Source: Spirochaetota bacterium (GTDB lineage Bacteria; Spirochaetota; UBA4802; UBA5550). From it: DNA of 64,000 nt. The notes under the pieces were generated by a model that searched no databases, was not told the DNA's origin, and saw only the letters and a list, made by a program, of their open reading frames with translations. Shown in pieces: positions 29,194-39,642 of this stretch; positions within the stretch are counted from its first letter, which is position 1; each line of letters opens with the position of its first letter. A program made the translations under genes and the position numbers. The DNA lies in assembly GCA_963664815.2 (NCBI GenBank), contig CAXXHB010000003.1:3904001-3968000 (forward strand), written 5' to 3'.

Positions 29194-30492
29194 ATGATCC
29201 CTATTAAAAAACTTAAAGATCTGACAAAGACCGAACTCGATCTGCTTTTCAACAGGTTTGGTGAGGACTTCAGCTCTATCATGATAAATACAGTTGTTCC
29301 CATTGTTAACGATGTAAAAGAGAACGGCGAGAAGGTAGTTAAGAAATATACAGAGAAATTTGACGGCGTAAAACTGACAGATGTAATAGCCACAGGTAAA
29401 GAGATTGATGAAGGCCATAGAAATACTCCGAAAAATGTACTTAAAGCTTTTATGAAAACCAAAGCTAACGTCGAAGAGTTCCATAGACGGCAGCTTAAAG
29501 ATAATTCAATATATACACGCGAAGACGGAATTACACTTGGTATAAATTATCAGGCTATTGAGAGTGCGGGAATTTATGTCCCGGGCGGAAAGGCTTCATA
29601 TCCGTCATCTGTTATTATGGGCGTTATCCCTGCCCAGATTGCCGGAGCAAGGGATATAACGGTAATCACTCCGCCGGATAAAAGCGGTAAAGTCCCCGAT
29701 ATTATCTACGCGATATGTAAAGAATGCGGCGTGACCAGCATTATAAAATCCGGCGGCGCTCAGGGAATTGCTTTTGCCGCGTTTGGCTCTGAAAGGCATA
29801 AAAAATCCGATATCATTGTAGGGCCCGGGAACATCTTCGTCACCGCAGCAAAGACATACCTCTTCAGCATGGGTGTAATCCAGATAGATTCAATGGCCGG
29901 CCCCAGTGAAGTTCTTATTATATCGGATGAAAAGTCTGACCCGAAATGGGTCGCGTGGGATCTGCTTTCACAGGCAGAGCATGAAGAGAGGGCTCTTGCC
30001 GTACTCGTAACAACCTCCTTAAAACTCGCCGGGGAAGTAAAAGAGGAAATAATTAAAGATATAGAATCGGGCTGCGGCCGGCATGAAATAAAAAAGAAAT
30101 CGATAAAGAACGGCATTATAATTGTAACTGATACACTTGATGAGGCTATAGACTTCAGCAATAAGTACGGCCCTGAGCATATGGAATTCATGGTGGATAA
30201 TCCGCTTGAATATATCGGAAAAATTAAAAATGTAGGTTCACTCTTCCTGGGAAGATTTGCACCTGTCGCGGTTGGTGATTACTATTCCGGAACAAATCAT
30301 ATCCTTCCCACTGGTGGAGCGGCAAGGTTTTCTTCCGGAACATCCGTAGAAACATTTTTAAGAAGAACAACCTTTCAGCTTCTTAATGAAGCCGCATTGA
30401 AGAAAACCATGCAGCCGGTAAAGCTCATGTCAGAATATGAAGGTTTTGATGACAAGCATGGCGGCTCAATAGAGATCAGGTTTAAAAAGTAA
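29194..30492 (+). CDS. hisD: Histidinol dehydrogenase
   Basis: GIYVPGGKASYPSSV, GGAQGIA, IVGPGNIFV, AGPSE, DLLSQAEH, PEH, GTNHILPT. RBS GGAGAGG before ATG 29194. Confidence 0.97.
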   Translation: MIPIKKLKDLTKTELDLLFNRFGEDFSSIMINTVVPIVNDVKENGEKVVKKYTEKFDGVKLTDVIATGKEIDEGHRNTPKNVLKAFMKTKANVEEFHRRQLKDNSIYTREDGITLGINYQAIESAGIYVPGGKASYPSSVIMGVIPAQIAGARDITVITPPDKSGKVPDIIYAICKECGVTSIIKSGGAQGIAFAAFGSERHKKSDIIVGPGNIFVTAAKTYLFSMGVIQIDSMAGPSEVLIISDEKSDPKWVAWDLLSQAEHEERALAVLVTTSLKLAGEVKEEIIKDIESGCGRHEIKKKSIKNGIIIVTDTLDEAIDFSNKYGPEHMEFMVDNPLEYIGKIKNVGSLFLGRFAPVAVGDYYSGTNHILPTGGAARFSSGTSVETFLRRTTFQLLNEAALKKTMQPVKLMSEYEGFDDKHGGSIEIRFKK

Positions 30493-30510
30493 ATTCAGCG
30501 GAGATAATAA

Positions 30511-31590
30511 ATGAGTAAAAAAGCCTGGGTAATCCTTGAAGATGGAACCGAATTTGAAGGCAGGATGTTCGGTTATGAAGATGAATCTATCGGAGAAGCT
30601 GTCTTTAATACTTCAATGAGCGGTTATCAGGAGGTGCTTACAGATCCGTCATATAGCGGGCAGATTGTGACCATGACATACCCGATGATCGGAAATTACG
30701 GAGTAAACAAAGACGACGTCGAGTCCGACAGAATACATGTCGCAGGTTTCATAGTGAAAGAGTACAGCAGAACATACTCAAACTTCAGAGCTACAGGTTC
30801 TCTCGGTGATTATCTGAAAGACGGAAAAATTCCTGCCATTGAGGGTGTCGACACCCGGAAGCTTACACGTCATATAAGGGACAAGGGCGCAATGAGAGCG
30901 GGAATTTTTTTTGACAGAAATGACGCCCGGGATAAATTGATGGCTCATCCTTCAATGGAGGGACTTGACCTGGCATCAATGGTTTCCTGCAGAACAAAAT
31001 ATAGTTTCGGCTACAGAAAAAACGGAAATCCGGAAATAGCCGTTTTTGATTTCGGTGTTAAATTTAATATATTAAGACTTCTAAACAGCTCAGGATTCAA
31101 CATAACAGTTTATCCCGGAAATACTCCTTTGAATGAAGCAATAACAGACGGTGCAAAAGGTGTTTTTCTCTCAAACGGGCCTGGTGACCCGGCAGCTGTA
31201 CTTTATGCGAAGACCCTTGTTGAAGACGTGATAAAAGAAAAAATTCCATGTTTCGGAATATGCCTGGGACACCAGATTATGGGTATAGGTTTAGGAGGGA
31301 AAACCTACAAACTGAAGTTTGGCCACCGCGGAGGAAACCAGCCTGTAAAAAACCTTGAAACAGGAAATGTTGAAATCACATCACAAAATCATGGATTTGC
31401 CGTAGATATAGATTCCCTGAGAGTAAACAGCGATGTAGAAGTTACCCATATAAACCTGAACGATAATACTGTCGAAGGAATTCAGCACAGAAAACTCCCT
31501 GTGTTTTCAGTACAGTATCACCCTGAAGCAAGTCCCGGACCTCATGATTCGCAGTATCTTTTCAGCAAATTCAGGAATATGATCAATTAG
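30511..31590 (+). CDS. carA: Carbamoyl-phosphate synthase small subunit
   Basis: VFNTSMSGYQEVLTDPSY, LSNGPGDP, GICLGHQ, FGHRGGN, QYHPEASPGP. Confidence 0.98.
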   Translation: MSKKAWVILEDGTEFEGRMFGYEDESIGEAVFNTSMSGYQEVLTDPSYSGQIVTMTYPMIGNYGVNKDDVESDRIHVAGFIVKEYSRTYSNFRATGSLGDYLKDGKIPAIEGVDTRKLTRHIRDKGAMRAGIFFDRNDARDKLMAHPSMEGLDLASMVSCRTKYSFGYRKNGNPEIAVFDFGVKFNILRLLNSSGFNITVYPGNTPLNEAITDGAKGVFLSNGPGDPAAVLYAKTLVEDVIKEKIPCFGICLGHQIMGIGLGGKTYKLKFGHRGGNQPVKNLETGNVEITSQNHGFAVDIDSLRVNSDVEVTHINLNDNTVEGIQHRKLPVFSVQYHPEASPGPHDSQYLFSKFRNMIN

Positions 31591-31608
31591 ATACACTTCA
31601 AATGGTCA

Positions 31609-31866
31609 TTACTCTTTATCCCATTGGCCGGCCTCATAAGCCAGCCTGTTTAATGCTGCTTTAAGCTTTTTATTCCGCTTCTCTACAGGGGGAAATTCCA
31701 TTCCTGAATATTTGTTCATCGCTTCAATTGCCCTTTCGAGAGTGGTTTCTCTCTTTGCATCATTGAAAAAAGTCATAATAAGCGTCCTGCCGCTTATACT
31801 TACATTATATTCAATAAGCGCTTCAGTTGCATTAAAAAGAGCTTCTTTGAATTCTTCTTTCCCCAA
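31609..31866 (-). CDS. Small helical hypothetical protein
   Basis: GAGAGGA RBS, TTG start, 85 aa with protein-like composition. Confidence 0.7.
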   Translation of the reverse strand: MGKEEFKEALFNATEALIEYNVSISGRTLIMTFFNDAKRETTLERAIEAMNKYSGMEFPPVEKRNKKLKAALNRLAYEAGQWDKE

Positions 31867-32282
31867 AATATTATCCTCTCCGCTAATATTTAAAATTTAT
31901 TCCATGTTATGTCTATAACAAAAATACGGGTAACTGCAAATTATACTCTTAAAATTTTTCACTCCGGATCATCCAGTAATAATAATACATAACCTCGTTA
32001 AAAAACCATTTTACCCTTTCGGATCATCATGGAATTCAACAATTCAAAAAACATTCTTATGATATATAAAATGTAACATTCTTGACAAAAAGCAATACTA
32101 CTTCAAATGTCTAATACAGCAGTTAACGATTGATCCGGTAAAAACTTATCATACCTGAATATAATGTATTAAGTAAGCCCGGGCCCTGATGTTTCAAATC
32201 ATTCGCTAAATGCCATAAAACAGATGTGCAGACAAAATTCAGCTTTTCTGCCTGTCTTAAAATTATCTTACCGGGTAAAAAA

Positions 32283-33185
32283 ATGAAATCAGATATCCTC
32301 AACACAATAGGCAATACACCTCTCGTAAAAATAAACAGATTAAACCCGAACAAAGGTGTAACAATCCTTGCAAAACTGGAGGGATTCAACCCTACAGGGA
32401 GCATAAAAGACAGGATAGCCCTGAAAATGATAGAACAGGCTGAAAAGGAGGGCAAACTGAAAAAAGGGCAGACTATCATTGAGCCTACATCAGGCAATAC
32501 CGGCATAGGGCTTGCAATGATAGGAGCTGTAAAGGGATACAATGTTGAAATTGTAATGTCAAAATCTGTTTCGATAGAACGCCGTAAAATGATTCAGGCC
32601 TTTGGAGCAACGATTATTCTTACGGATGAAAAATATGGCACTGATGGAGCTATAACCAGGGCCCGTGAACTAAAAGCGCAAAACCCTGATAAATATTTTA
32701 TGCCGGACCAGTTTTCAAATGAATTCAATAAAATGGCCCACTATCGCACAACAGCAAATGAAATATGGAAACAGACAAAGGGTAAAATCGACTACTTTGT
32801 TTCATCACTTGGTACATCAGGGACTATTATGGGTATTGGCAAATACCTGAAAGAGAAAAATCCGAAGATTAAAATTGTTTCGGCTCACCCGGAAAAGGGC
32901 CACTATATACAGGGACTTAAAAACATGGAGGAAGCTATTGTCCCTGCGATCTATGATCCGTCAATGATTGACGAAACAATAATGATCGAAAGCAATAACG
33001 CCTTTGAAATGTCACGGCGTATAGTCAAAGAGGAGGGTATCTTCGTAGGGATGAGCAGCGGTGCCGCAATGATTGCCGCAATAGAGATAGCTAAATCAAT
33101 TAAAAAAGGTACCATTGTTGTAATCTTCGCTGACCGGGGAGAAAAATATCTGAGCACAGATCTTTTCAAGGTCGATGGCGACTGA
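32283..33185 (+). CDS. cysM: Cysteine synthase (O-acetylserine sulfhydrylase, CysM/CysK family)
   Basis: IGNTPLV, NPTGSIKDR (PLP Lys), EPTSGNTG, GTSGT, IQG, DRGEKYLS. CysM versus CysK is not certain. Confidence 0.9.
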   Translation: MKSDILNTIGNTPLVKINRLNPNKGVTILAKLEGFNPTGSIKDRIALKMIEQAEKEGKLKKGQTIIEPTSGNTGIGLAMIGAVKGYNVEIVMSKSVSIERRKMIQAFGATIILTDEKYGTDGAITRARELKAQNPDKYFMPDQFSNEFNKMAHYRTTANEIWKQTKGKIDYFVSSLGTSGTIMGIGKYLKEKNPKIKIVSAHPEKGHYIQGLKNMEEAIVPAIYDPSMIDETIMIESNNAFEMSRRIVKEEGIFVGMSSGAAMIAAIEIAKSIKKGTIVVIFADRGEKYLSTDLFKVDGD

Positions 33186-33424
33186 CTTGGTGAAATCAAT
33201 AAAACAGAAATTGACTTATAAAAAAACTTGATCCCTGCCTTTTTATAAGTAATTTATATCCATGTGAAACCGGCACAACAGGGGATTTTATATGGAACCC
33301 GCAAAATCATTATCTCCGGAATTAAGAGAAGTTTTCAATTCATTCAGAAAAAAATATGGAATAGTCTTTATTCCTGATATTATATTAACTCCATCATAAA
33401 GATGGCATAACAGTCATTCGGGGT

Positions 33425-34225
33425 GTGGATATGCAATATATCGAAGTCAATGATTTAAAAATGTGCTATAAAATTCAGGGAACAGGGTTCCCTCTGGTGA
33501 TGATAACGGGATTTACTGCCAGCATGGATTGGTGGGATCCGGAAATGGTTGATTATCTATCCTCGAAATACCGCGTACTGATATTTGACAACCGTGGTGC
33601 CGGACGGACAGTAACGCCGGAGACGGGGGATTTCTCATGCGAAATGTTTGCCAGCGACACAGCCTCCCTGATGAATGAGCTTGGAATAGTTAAAGCTCAC
33701 ATATTCGGTTTTTCCATGGGTGGGGTAATTGCCCAGAAGCTGACTCTCCGGTACCCGGGAAAAACAGGCAAACTCATACTCGGAGGAACATTCTGTGGTG
33801 GAAAAGAGACCGTAATGCCTTCTCCTGAGGTTTTAAAGATATTGATGGACAGTAGCGGCGGCATTGAAGGAATTTTCAGCCGTACACAAAAACTCATGTT
33901 CACAGAGGAGTTTATCAAATCAAATCCGGGTTTTATCAAAGATTTCAGAAAGCGCTACATGTCAGCACCAATAAGCGCACGAAATACACGACGTCAGTTC
34001 ATCGCAAGCATGAAAACAGATACATTTGAAGATCTTCCCGGGATCAAATCCCCTGTGCTGGTTGTTACAGGGGGGAAGGATATACTCATTCCTCCGCGTA
34101 ATTCACATATCCTCGCCGGGAGGATTCCAGGTGCAAAATTAATTGAATATCCGGATGCAGGGCACAGTTTCATGAGCTCTGACAGCAAAAAGTTTATAAA
34201 GGACATGGTTGAGTTTCTGGGTTGA
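33425..34225 (+). CDS. Alpha/beta-fold hydrolase
   Basis: FDNRGAG, GFSMGG nucleophile elbow, G.KD, AGH. Confidence 0.93.
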   Translation: MDMQYIEVNDLKMCYKIQGTGFPLVMITGFTASMDWWDPEMVDYLSSKYRVLIFDNRGAGRTVTPETGDFSCEMFASDTASLMNELGIVKAHIFGFSMGGVIAQKLTLRYPGKTGKLILGGTFCGGKETVMPSPEVLKILMDSSGGIEGIFSRTQKLMFTEEFIKSNPGFIKDFRKRYMSAPISARNTRRQFIASMKTDTFEDLPGIKSPVLVVTGGKDILIPPRNSHILAGRIPGAKLIEYPDAGHSFMSSDSKKFIKDMVEFLG

Positions 34226-34404
34226 CATATATGTCCTGAAATTCACAATTTCTTTTCATCCATGAAACCATCGGGAAATTGACTGATTATCTCAGCAATT
34301 CAAATTATAATTACAACTTGACATATAATTTCCTGATTTCGTTTAATAGAGTTTAAAAAAGAGTTTCATAGAAAAGAAATAATTCAAACTTCCGTGGAGT
34401 TCCG

Positions 34405-36135
34405 ATGAATCTGATTAAAAGAATACAAGAATTTGATTATAATGAACATTATTATCTTTTCCTGATAATAGGGTTTTGTATATCACTCAGAGTTCTCACA
34501 CCGCAGATTATTGGTGCAGGCGGCGGAGATGCAGTCGAATCATGGGGAATGGCCCGCTGTTTATATTTCAATGCGGATTACTTTATAATACACCGTACCG
34601 CAAGATTTGGAACAATAATTCCCATCTACCTTACACAGCTTCTTTTCGGCACACATCCTCTGGTTTACTATATAGCCCCTGCAATTGCATCGGTGATTCA
34701 GATAATCTTTTTTTTTAAAATAGCTGATATTCTCAGAGGCAGGATCTTCGCGTTTGTCAGCAGCCTGATATTTCTCAGCTTCCCCCAGATGATACGTGAT
34801 GTGTCGCATCCAAGGGTCTCGGTTTTTTCATCCATGTTTTTTCTTATATCGTTATATTTCGCTTTAAAATTTTACATGGACTGCATGGACTGTACTGAAG
34901 AAAAAACAACTGATGGACCGGAATTAAAAGACCTTTTTATATCCGGGTTTAATGTTTTTCTTATGTACATGGCTAAAGAGGACAGCCTCTACTTTCTCCC
35001 GGCTCTTCTGCTGATAATTTTCATTAGCAGAAAAAAATTCTCTGACGTAGTTCTTTTCGGAATTCTGCCGTTTTCGCTTTTCCTCTCTGAAACACTTTTT
35101 TATTATCTGTTCACTGATTTCAAAATGGGACGATTATCTGTAGTTACTGCAAAGGAACATTTTGATACTATAACGCCGATCTGTCTATGGTACTCTCTAT
35201 TTGACCGATTCAGGGGAGAAAATCTGAGACCATACTTCAGATATCCTCTCATATTTTCGTTTATCGGAGGAGTTTATATCTGCTTAAAGCATAGATATAT
35301 TCTGAATAAACGTATTAATCCGGCAGTTTTCATTATAATTTCACTTTTCATATATGTTCTGCTTATGACATTTCTTGTTAAGAGCATTCATCCGCTTATT
35401 CCGCTCAATACTTTCAGAACCAGATATATGAATATAATTATCCCCCCGATGATTCTGATTATTATGTATACAATATTTGAATTGAATGCCGCCTGGAAAA
35501 AACCGGAATTTTTTATGAATCTGAGAAAAATATTCCCGTCATCCTTATCATCCTATAAGAAATTATTCTTACTCTTCTTTGTTATTATTTACACAATTAT
35601 TACAGCTTACACTTTTTTTATCGTATACAAAAAGAGTTCTTATAAAGGCAGGGAGATAAGTTATGCTGAGCTCCATCCGTTCCATCTTGTTAATAATTAT
35701 TACCGCATCATAAACAGACAATATAATTCCGGGAAACCATTTATTATACGCGAAGTAAAAGAGGAAGGTAAACGATTTGCTGATTTTGTAAAAACTATTG
35801 ATGATTGGATTGATTCCGGAATGACTGTTGAACAAGCATGTAAAAAGTGCAGTATTACAGATAAACTATACCTGTCATATCAGGAAAAAGCTGAAGAGAC
35901 CATAACTTATCCGGCGGAAGACTATCTGACACCAATCTTCCTGCATCCGGATAACAATATATCCGGGCTCGCTCATTTTGCGCTGATATTAAGAGGAAAA
36001 GTTTACAGATTCTACTATAACAGCCGCCTTACAGATATGAAAAAAATTATCCGGGAAATAAAAAGCGGAGAAACCGTGTATCCCGAAATTGTGGATTCTC
36101 CACTTGAAATAATCTTTACTGATGTTGCAGAATAA
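34405..36135 (+). CDS. Polytopic GT-C-fold (ArnT/PMT-like) glycosyltransferase
   Basis: About 11 TM segments; first-loop Asp (GGDAVESW), H...RFG...P, AKE and RY...IIPP motifs; adjacent to a flippase-like gene and a GT2. Confidence 0.7.
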   Translation: MNLIKRIQEFDYNEHYYLFLIIGFCISLRVLTPQIIGAGGGDAVESWGMARCLYFNADYFIIHRTARFGTIIPIYLTQLLFGTHPLVYYIAPAIASVIQIIFFFKIADILRGRIFAFVSSLIFLSFPQMIRDVSHPRVSVFSSMFFLISLYFALKFYMDCMDCTEEKTTDGPELKDLFISGFNVFLMYMAKEDSLYFLPALLLIIFISRKKFSDVVLFGILPFSLFLSETLFYYLFTDFKMGRLSVVTAKEHFDTITPICLWYSLFDRFRGENLRPYFRYPLIFSFIGGVYICLKHRYILNKRINPAVFIIISLFIYVLLMTFLVKSIHPLIPLNTFRTRYMNIIIPPMILIIMYTIFELNAAWKKPEFFMNLRKIFPSSLSSYKKLFLLFFVIIYTIITAYTFFIVYKKSSYKGREISYAELHPFHLVNNYYRIINRQYNSGKPFIIREVKEEGKRFADFVKTIDDWIDSGMTVEQACKKCSITDKLYLSYQEKAEETITYPAEDYLTPIFLHPDNNISGLAHFALILRGKVYRFYYNSRLTDMKKIIREIKSGETVYPEIVDSPLEIIFTDVAE

Positions 36136-36293
36136 AACAGCTTAGTTGAAACAGTTATATTTAAATTTTACTTATTAATACACGGATTTATTTTAATTTG
36201 ACAAACCTTTCCGGTTATTATAAAAGATTAAGCCGAGAATATAATTGATATTGATAAATTTAAAATTAAAAGAGAGCAATAATTTATATAAAA

Positions 36294-37250
36294 ATGAACA
36301 ACAGAATATTAAAAATTATAAGCTATTTCCTGGTTGCAGTATCCTTCATCTTTATAATTAAAGCTCTTGCCGGATTAAATATAAATCAGATCGGATTGAT
36401 TTTAACTCCTTATCGTTTAATTCTTCTGTTTATAATGTCTTTTGTTTATTCCCTGAACACTATTTTTTTTGCATTTGCATGGAAAAGACTGTTGTTCGTT
36501 TTTTCAAAGCATAAAATATCTTCCAGGACAATAATAAATCTCTATTTAAAATCAAATATTGCAAAATATCTTCCAGGGAATGTATTTCACTTTGCCGGAA
36601 GACATATTCTTGTAAAAGAAAAAAAAGTCTCCCATTCTCATCTTCTGCTTGCAAACCTGTCAGAAATCATTCTTCTGATTCTATCATCAATCCTGATAAT
36701 TGTCGCAGGATTGATACTCGGACTCATAACTATACCTGAAAAAGTTATTTCTTTGATATCATTGAAATATTTTATCATTGCTTTTATCATTTTAACAGTG
36801 ATTACTCTGATTGTCTTATTATTTCTTATCAGGAAAAATCAATTCAGCCGGATTACGAGCATTATTAAAATAATCAATATTGTGAATCTAAAGGAAATAA
36901 TTTTATCAATGCTTTTTTATTCAACGATGTTTATCATATCCGGCTTTATTCTTTTCTCTGTCTTTTACATGTTAAAACCGCAGAGTTTCTCATCCTATTT
37001 ATTATATCAGATAATTTTTGTATTTACTCTGTCATGGGTAATCGGTTATATTGTTCCCGGCGCACCGGGTGGAGTAGGTATAAGAGAAGCCATATTGATA
37101 ATAATGCTGTCTCCGACTTTCGGAAATCAGACTGCTGCTCTGGGTTCATTGATATTGCGCATCGTGACAATTTTCGGAGACGTTATCTCTTTTGTAATTT
37201 CAAATCATAAATTTTTCAATAATCCCAAAGCAAAGGTAAAAAATCCATGA
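36294..37250 (+). CDS. LPG-synthase-TM (UPF0104/AglD2-like) flippase-like membrane protein
   Basis: W..LL, KYLPG, PGAPGGVGIRE and LILR motifs. Confidence 0.88.
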   Translation: MNNRILKIISYFLVAVSFIFIIKALAGLNINQIGLILTPYRLILLFIMSFVYSLNTIFFAFAWKRLLFVFSKHKISSRTIINLYLKSNIAKYLPGNVFHFAGRHILVKEKKVSHSHLLLANLSEIILLILSSILIIVAGLILGLITIPEKVISLISLKYFIIAFIILTVITLIVLLFLIRKNQFSRITSIIKIINIVNLKEIILSMLFYSTMFIISGFILFSVFYMLKPQSFSSYLLYQIIFVFTLSWVIGYIVPGAPGGVGIREAILIIMLSPTFGNQTAALGSLILRIVTIFGDVISFVISNHKFFNNPKAKVKNP

Positions 37251-38140
37251 GTGAAAACAATCTTACTGTAATTATTCCGGCCTATAACGAAAAAAATTCA
37301 ATTATACCGACTATTGAACAGATACTTTTATTAATGAATAACTCTAAAATTAATTACGAATTGATTATTGTAAATGATGGGTCTACAGATGGGACAAAAG
37401 ATCTTCTTGAAGATTATCAAAAAAAATCCAAAAATAAAAAAATATCTATATATCATCATAATCCGAATAAAGGATACGGCGCAAGCCTTAAAACCGGAAT
37501 AAGGAAAGCAAAATTCGACAATATATGCATAACTGATGCAGATCAAACATATCCGAATGATCAAATACCTGTTATGTTCAGGATTTATACAGAAAAGGAA
37601 CTTGATATGATAGTTGGTAAAAGAGACTTTAAAAAACTTCCAACCATCACTAAACCGGCCAAGTGGTTTATCAGTTCACTGGCAAATTTTCTTCTTAACT
37701 CTAAAATACCCGACTTAAATTCCGGTTTAAGAATTTTTAAAAAAAATATTTCGATGAAATATTTTCCAATCATATGCGACGGATTCAGTTTCACAACTAC
37801 AATCACTCTGGCAATGATTTCCAATCATTACAGCGTGGAATACCACCCGATTGAATACTTCGAGAGAGAGGGTAAATCCAAAATAAAACCGGTAAGAGAT
37901 ACTCTTAACTTTATTCAGTTGATAATCAGAACAATTCTATATTTCAATCCTTTAAAAATATTTGTTCCCGCAAGTCTTCTGATTTTATTTGTTTCAACAG
38001 TCTTCTTTATTATGGGGAAAATGCATTTTTTCTTCAGGAAAATGCCCAGTGATTCGATAACAATTCTTGTCGTCTGCAGTATACAGATTCTGGCAACCGG
38101 CTTTCTTGCTGACCTCATAGATAAACGACTGGACATGTAA
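37247..38140 (+). CDS. GT2 polyprenol-phosphate glycosyltransferase (DPM1/GtrB-like)
   Basis: IIPAYNE, VNDGSTDGT, NKGYGASLKTG, DADQTY, DLNSGLR; two C-terminal TM helices; ATGA overlap with the upstream gene. Confidence 0.93.
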   Translation: MSENNLTVIIPAYNEKNSIIPTIEQILLLMNNSKINYELIIVNDGSTDGTKDLLEDYQKKSKNKKISIYHHNPNKGYGASLKTGIRKAKFDNICITDADQTYPNDQIPVMFRIYTEKELDMIVGKRDFKKLPTITKPAKWFISSLANFLLNSKIPDLNSGLRIFKKNISMKYFPIICDGFSFTTTITLAMISNHYSVEYHPIEYFEREGKSKIKPVRDTLNFIQLIIRTILYFNPLKIFVPASLLILFVSTVFFIMGKMHFFFRKMPSDSITILVVCSIQILATGFLADLIDKRLDM

Positions 38141-38160
38141 AACACTGGAGTAGCAACGAG

Positions 38161-38202
38161 ATCAAGCCTTCTCCTCACCGGTCGGAGGCTTGATACATTT
38201 TT
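38161..38202 (+). terminator. Intrinsic terminator after the GT operon
   Basis: ATCAAGCCTTC/GGAGGCTTGAT stem followed by a T run. Confidence 0.65.
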
Positions 38203-38443
38203 CCGGATAAAAAACCCTCTCTAATACCGATTTTTATTTTTTTTAGTTTTTTTATTGCCATATTTTAACATTCAATCAATCATTCAATCATTGATAAATA
38301 TTTTACAATACTGACTCCATAATAATAGGTTTACTATGGAAGGAAATGCGGTATAATTTTAAATTCCGCTTTATTTGCAGTACAATCCGTTTATAATTAT
38401 AAAATATGTAATTAATACATAATCAGTAATTCGTTAGAGAGGT

Positions 38444-39625
38444 ATGGTCATGAATGACTTTCTGATTTTCGATGGCATATCTAAAAGTTTCGGTAATCAT
38501 AAAGTTCTTGATAACATCTCACTAACTGTAAAAAAAGGGGAAATATTCTCCCTGCTCGGCCCAAGCGGCTGCGGCAAGACAACCCTTCTCAGAATATGTG
38601 CCGGATTTGAAGAACCCGATTCAGGAAGAATTATACTCAACGGTACAGACATAACAAAGCTTAGCCCCAATAAACGACAGGTGAATACTGTTTTCCAGAA
38701 CTATGCGTTATTTCCGAACCTAAATGTTTTTGAAAACATCGCATTCGGTCTTCGCGTTGCAGGCATTAAGGAATCAGAACTAAAAAATGAGGTCTATAAA
38801 TTCCTCGAGCTTATACAGCTCACCGATCATGCATCAAAGAAACCCGATAAACTAAGCGGCGGTCAGAAACAGCGGGTAGCCATCGCACGCGCGCTTATCA
38901 ACAAACCGAATGTTCTGCTTCTTGACGAACCTCTTGCGGCACTTGACCTTAAATTGCGTCAGAGGATGCTTGTTGACCTTGATAATATACATGACGAAGT
39001 GGGAATTACATTCTTATATGTTACACATGACCAGAGCGAGGCAATGAGCCTAAGTGATAACATTGCTGTCATTAATGATGGGACAGTGGAACAGGTAGGT
39101 ACTCCAACGGAGATATATGAAGCCCCCCGGACAAGTTTCGTTGCCGCATTTATCGGCGATACTAATTTCTTTGAGGGTGATATTATTGAAGTTGATGAAC
39201 CCTACAGCAAACTCAGGATTGACGGCTTTACAGATGTGCTGGTTTATAATGACAAAAAAATAAAAAACGGTGATAAGGTATACTTAAGCATAAGGCCGGA
39301 GAAATTTACTCTTTCTCTTGAAAAACCGGTTCTATCCGAAAAATATAATCTTGCGAAAGGAAAAGTTGAAGAGATAATCTATCTTGGATATCATACAAAG
39401 TACTGGATAAGAGTAAACGAGTTTCTAGTAGAGACGAAGAGGCTGCATGACAGGTATATGCTTGATGAAAAGATGATTACCTGGGGAGATGAGATATGGT
39501 TATCATGGCATGCCGACTACTGTTATATGCTTGAACAGTATAACTATGAAGACGAAGCGCTCCTCACCCTCCCGGATGAGGAGATAATGGCCGAACTGGA
39601 AAACGAATCCTCAGAGGAAGAGTAA
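38444..39625 (+). CDS. potA: Spermidine/putrescine ABC transporter ATPase
   Basis: GPSGCGKT, VFQNYALFP, LSGGQKQR, LLLDEP, TOBE C-terminus. Confidence 0.93.
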   Translation: MVMNDFLIFDGISKSFGNHKVLDNISLTVKKGEIFSLLGPSGCGKTTLLRICAGFEEPDSGRIILNGTDITKLSPNKRQVNTVFQNYALFPNLNVFENIAFGLRVAGIKESELKNEVYKFLELIQLTDHASKKPDKLSGGQKQRVAIARALINKPNVLLLDEPLAALDLKLRQRMLVDLDNIHDEVGITFLYVTHDQSEAMSLSDNIAVINDGTVEQVGTPTEIYEAPRTSFVAAFIGDTNFFEGDIIEVDEPYSKLRIDGFTDVLVYNDKKIKNGDKVYLSIRPEKFTLSLEKPVLSEKYNLAKGKVEEIIYLGYHTKYWIRVNEFLVETKRLHDRYMLDEKMITWGDEIWLSWHADYCYMLEQYNYEDEALLTLPDEEIMAELENESSEEE

Positions 39626-39642
39626 AAGAACCGGTAAAAAAT

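Noticed and set aside
32100-32282. SAM riboswitch upstream of cysteine synthase (CTTATC seen at about 32145)
   Set aside because: The rest of the SAM-I core (AGAG, GGCAACC, GGTGC, GAT) is absent, and there is no convincing SAM-II match.
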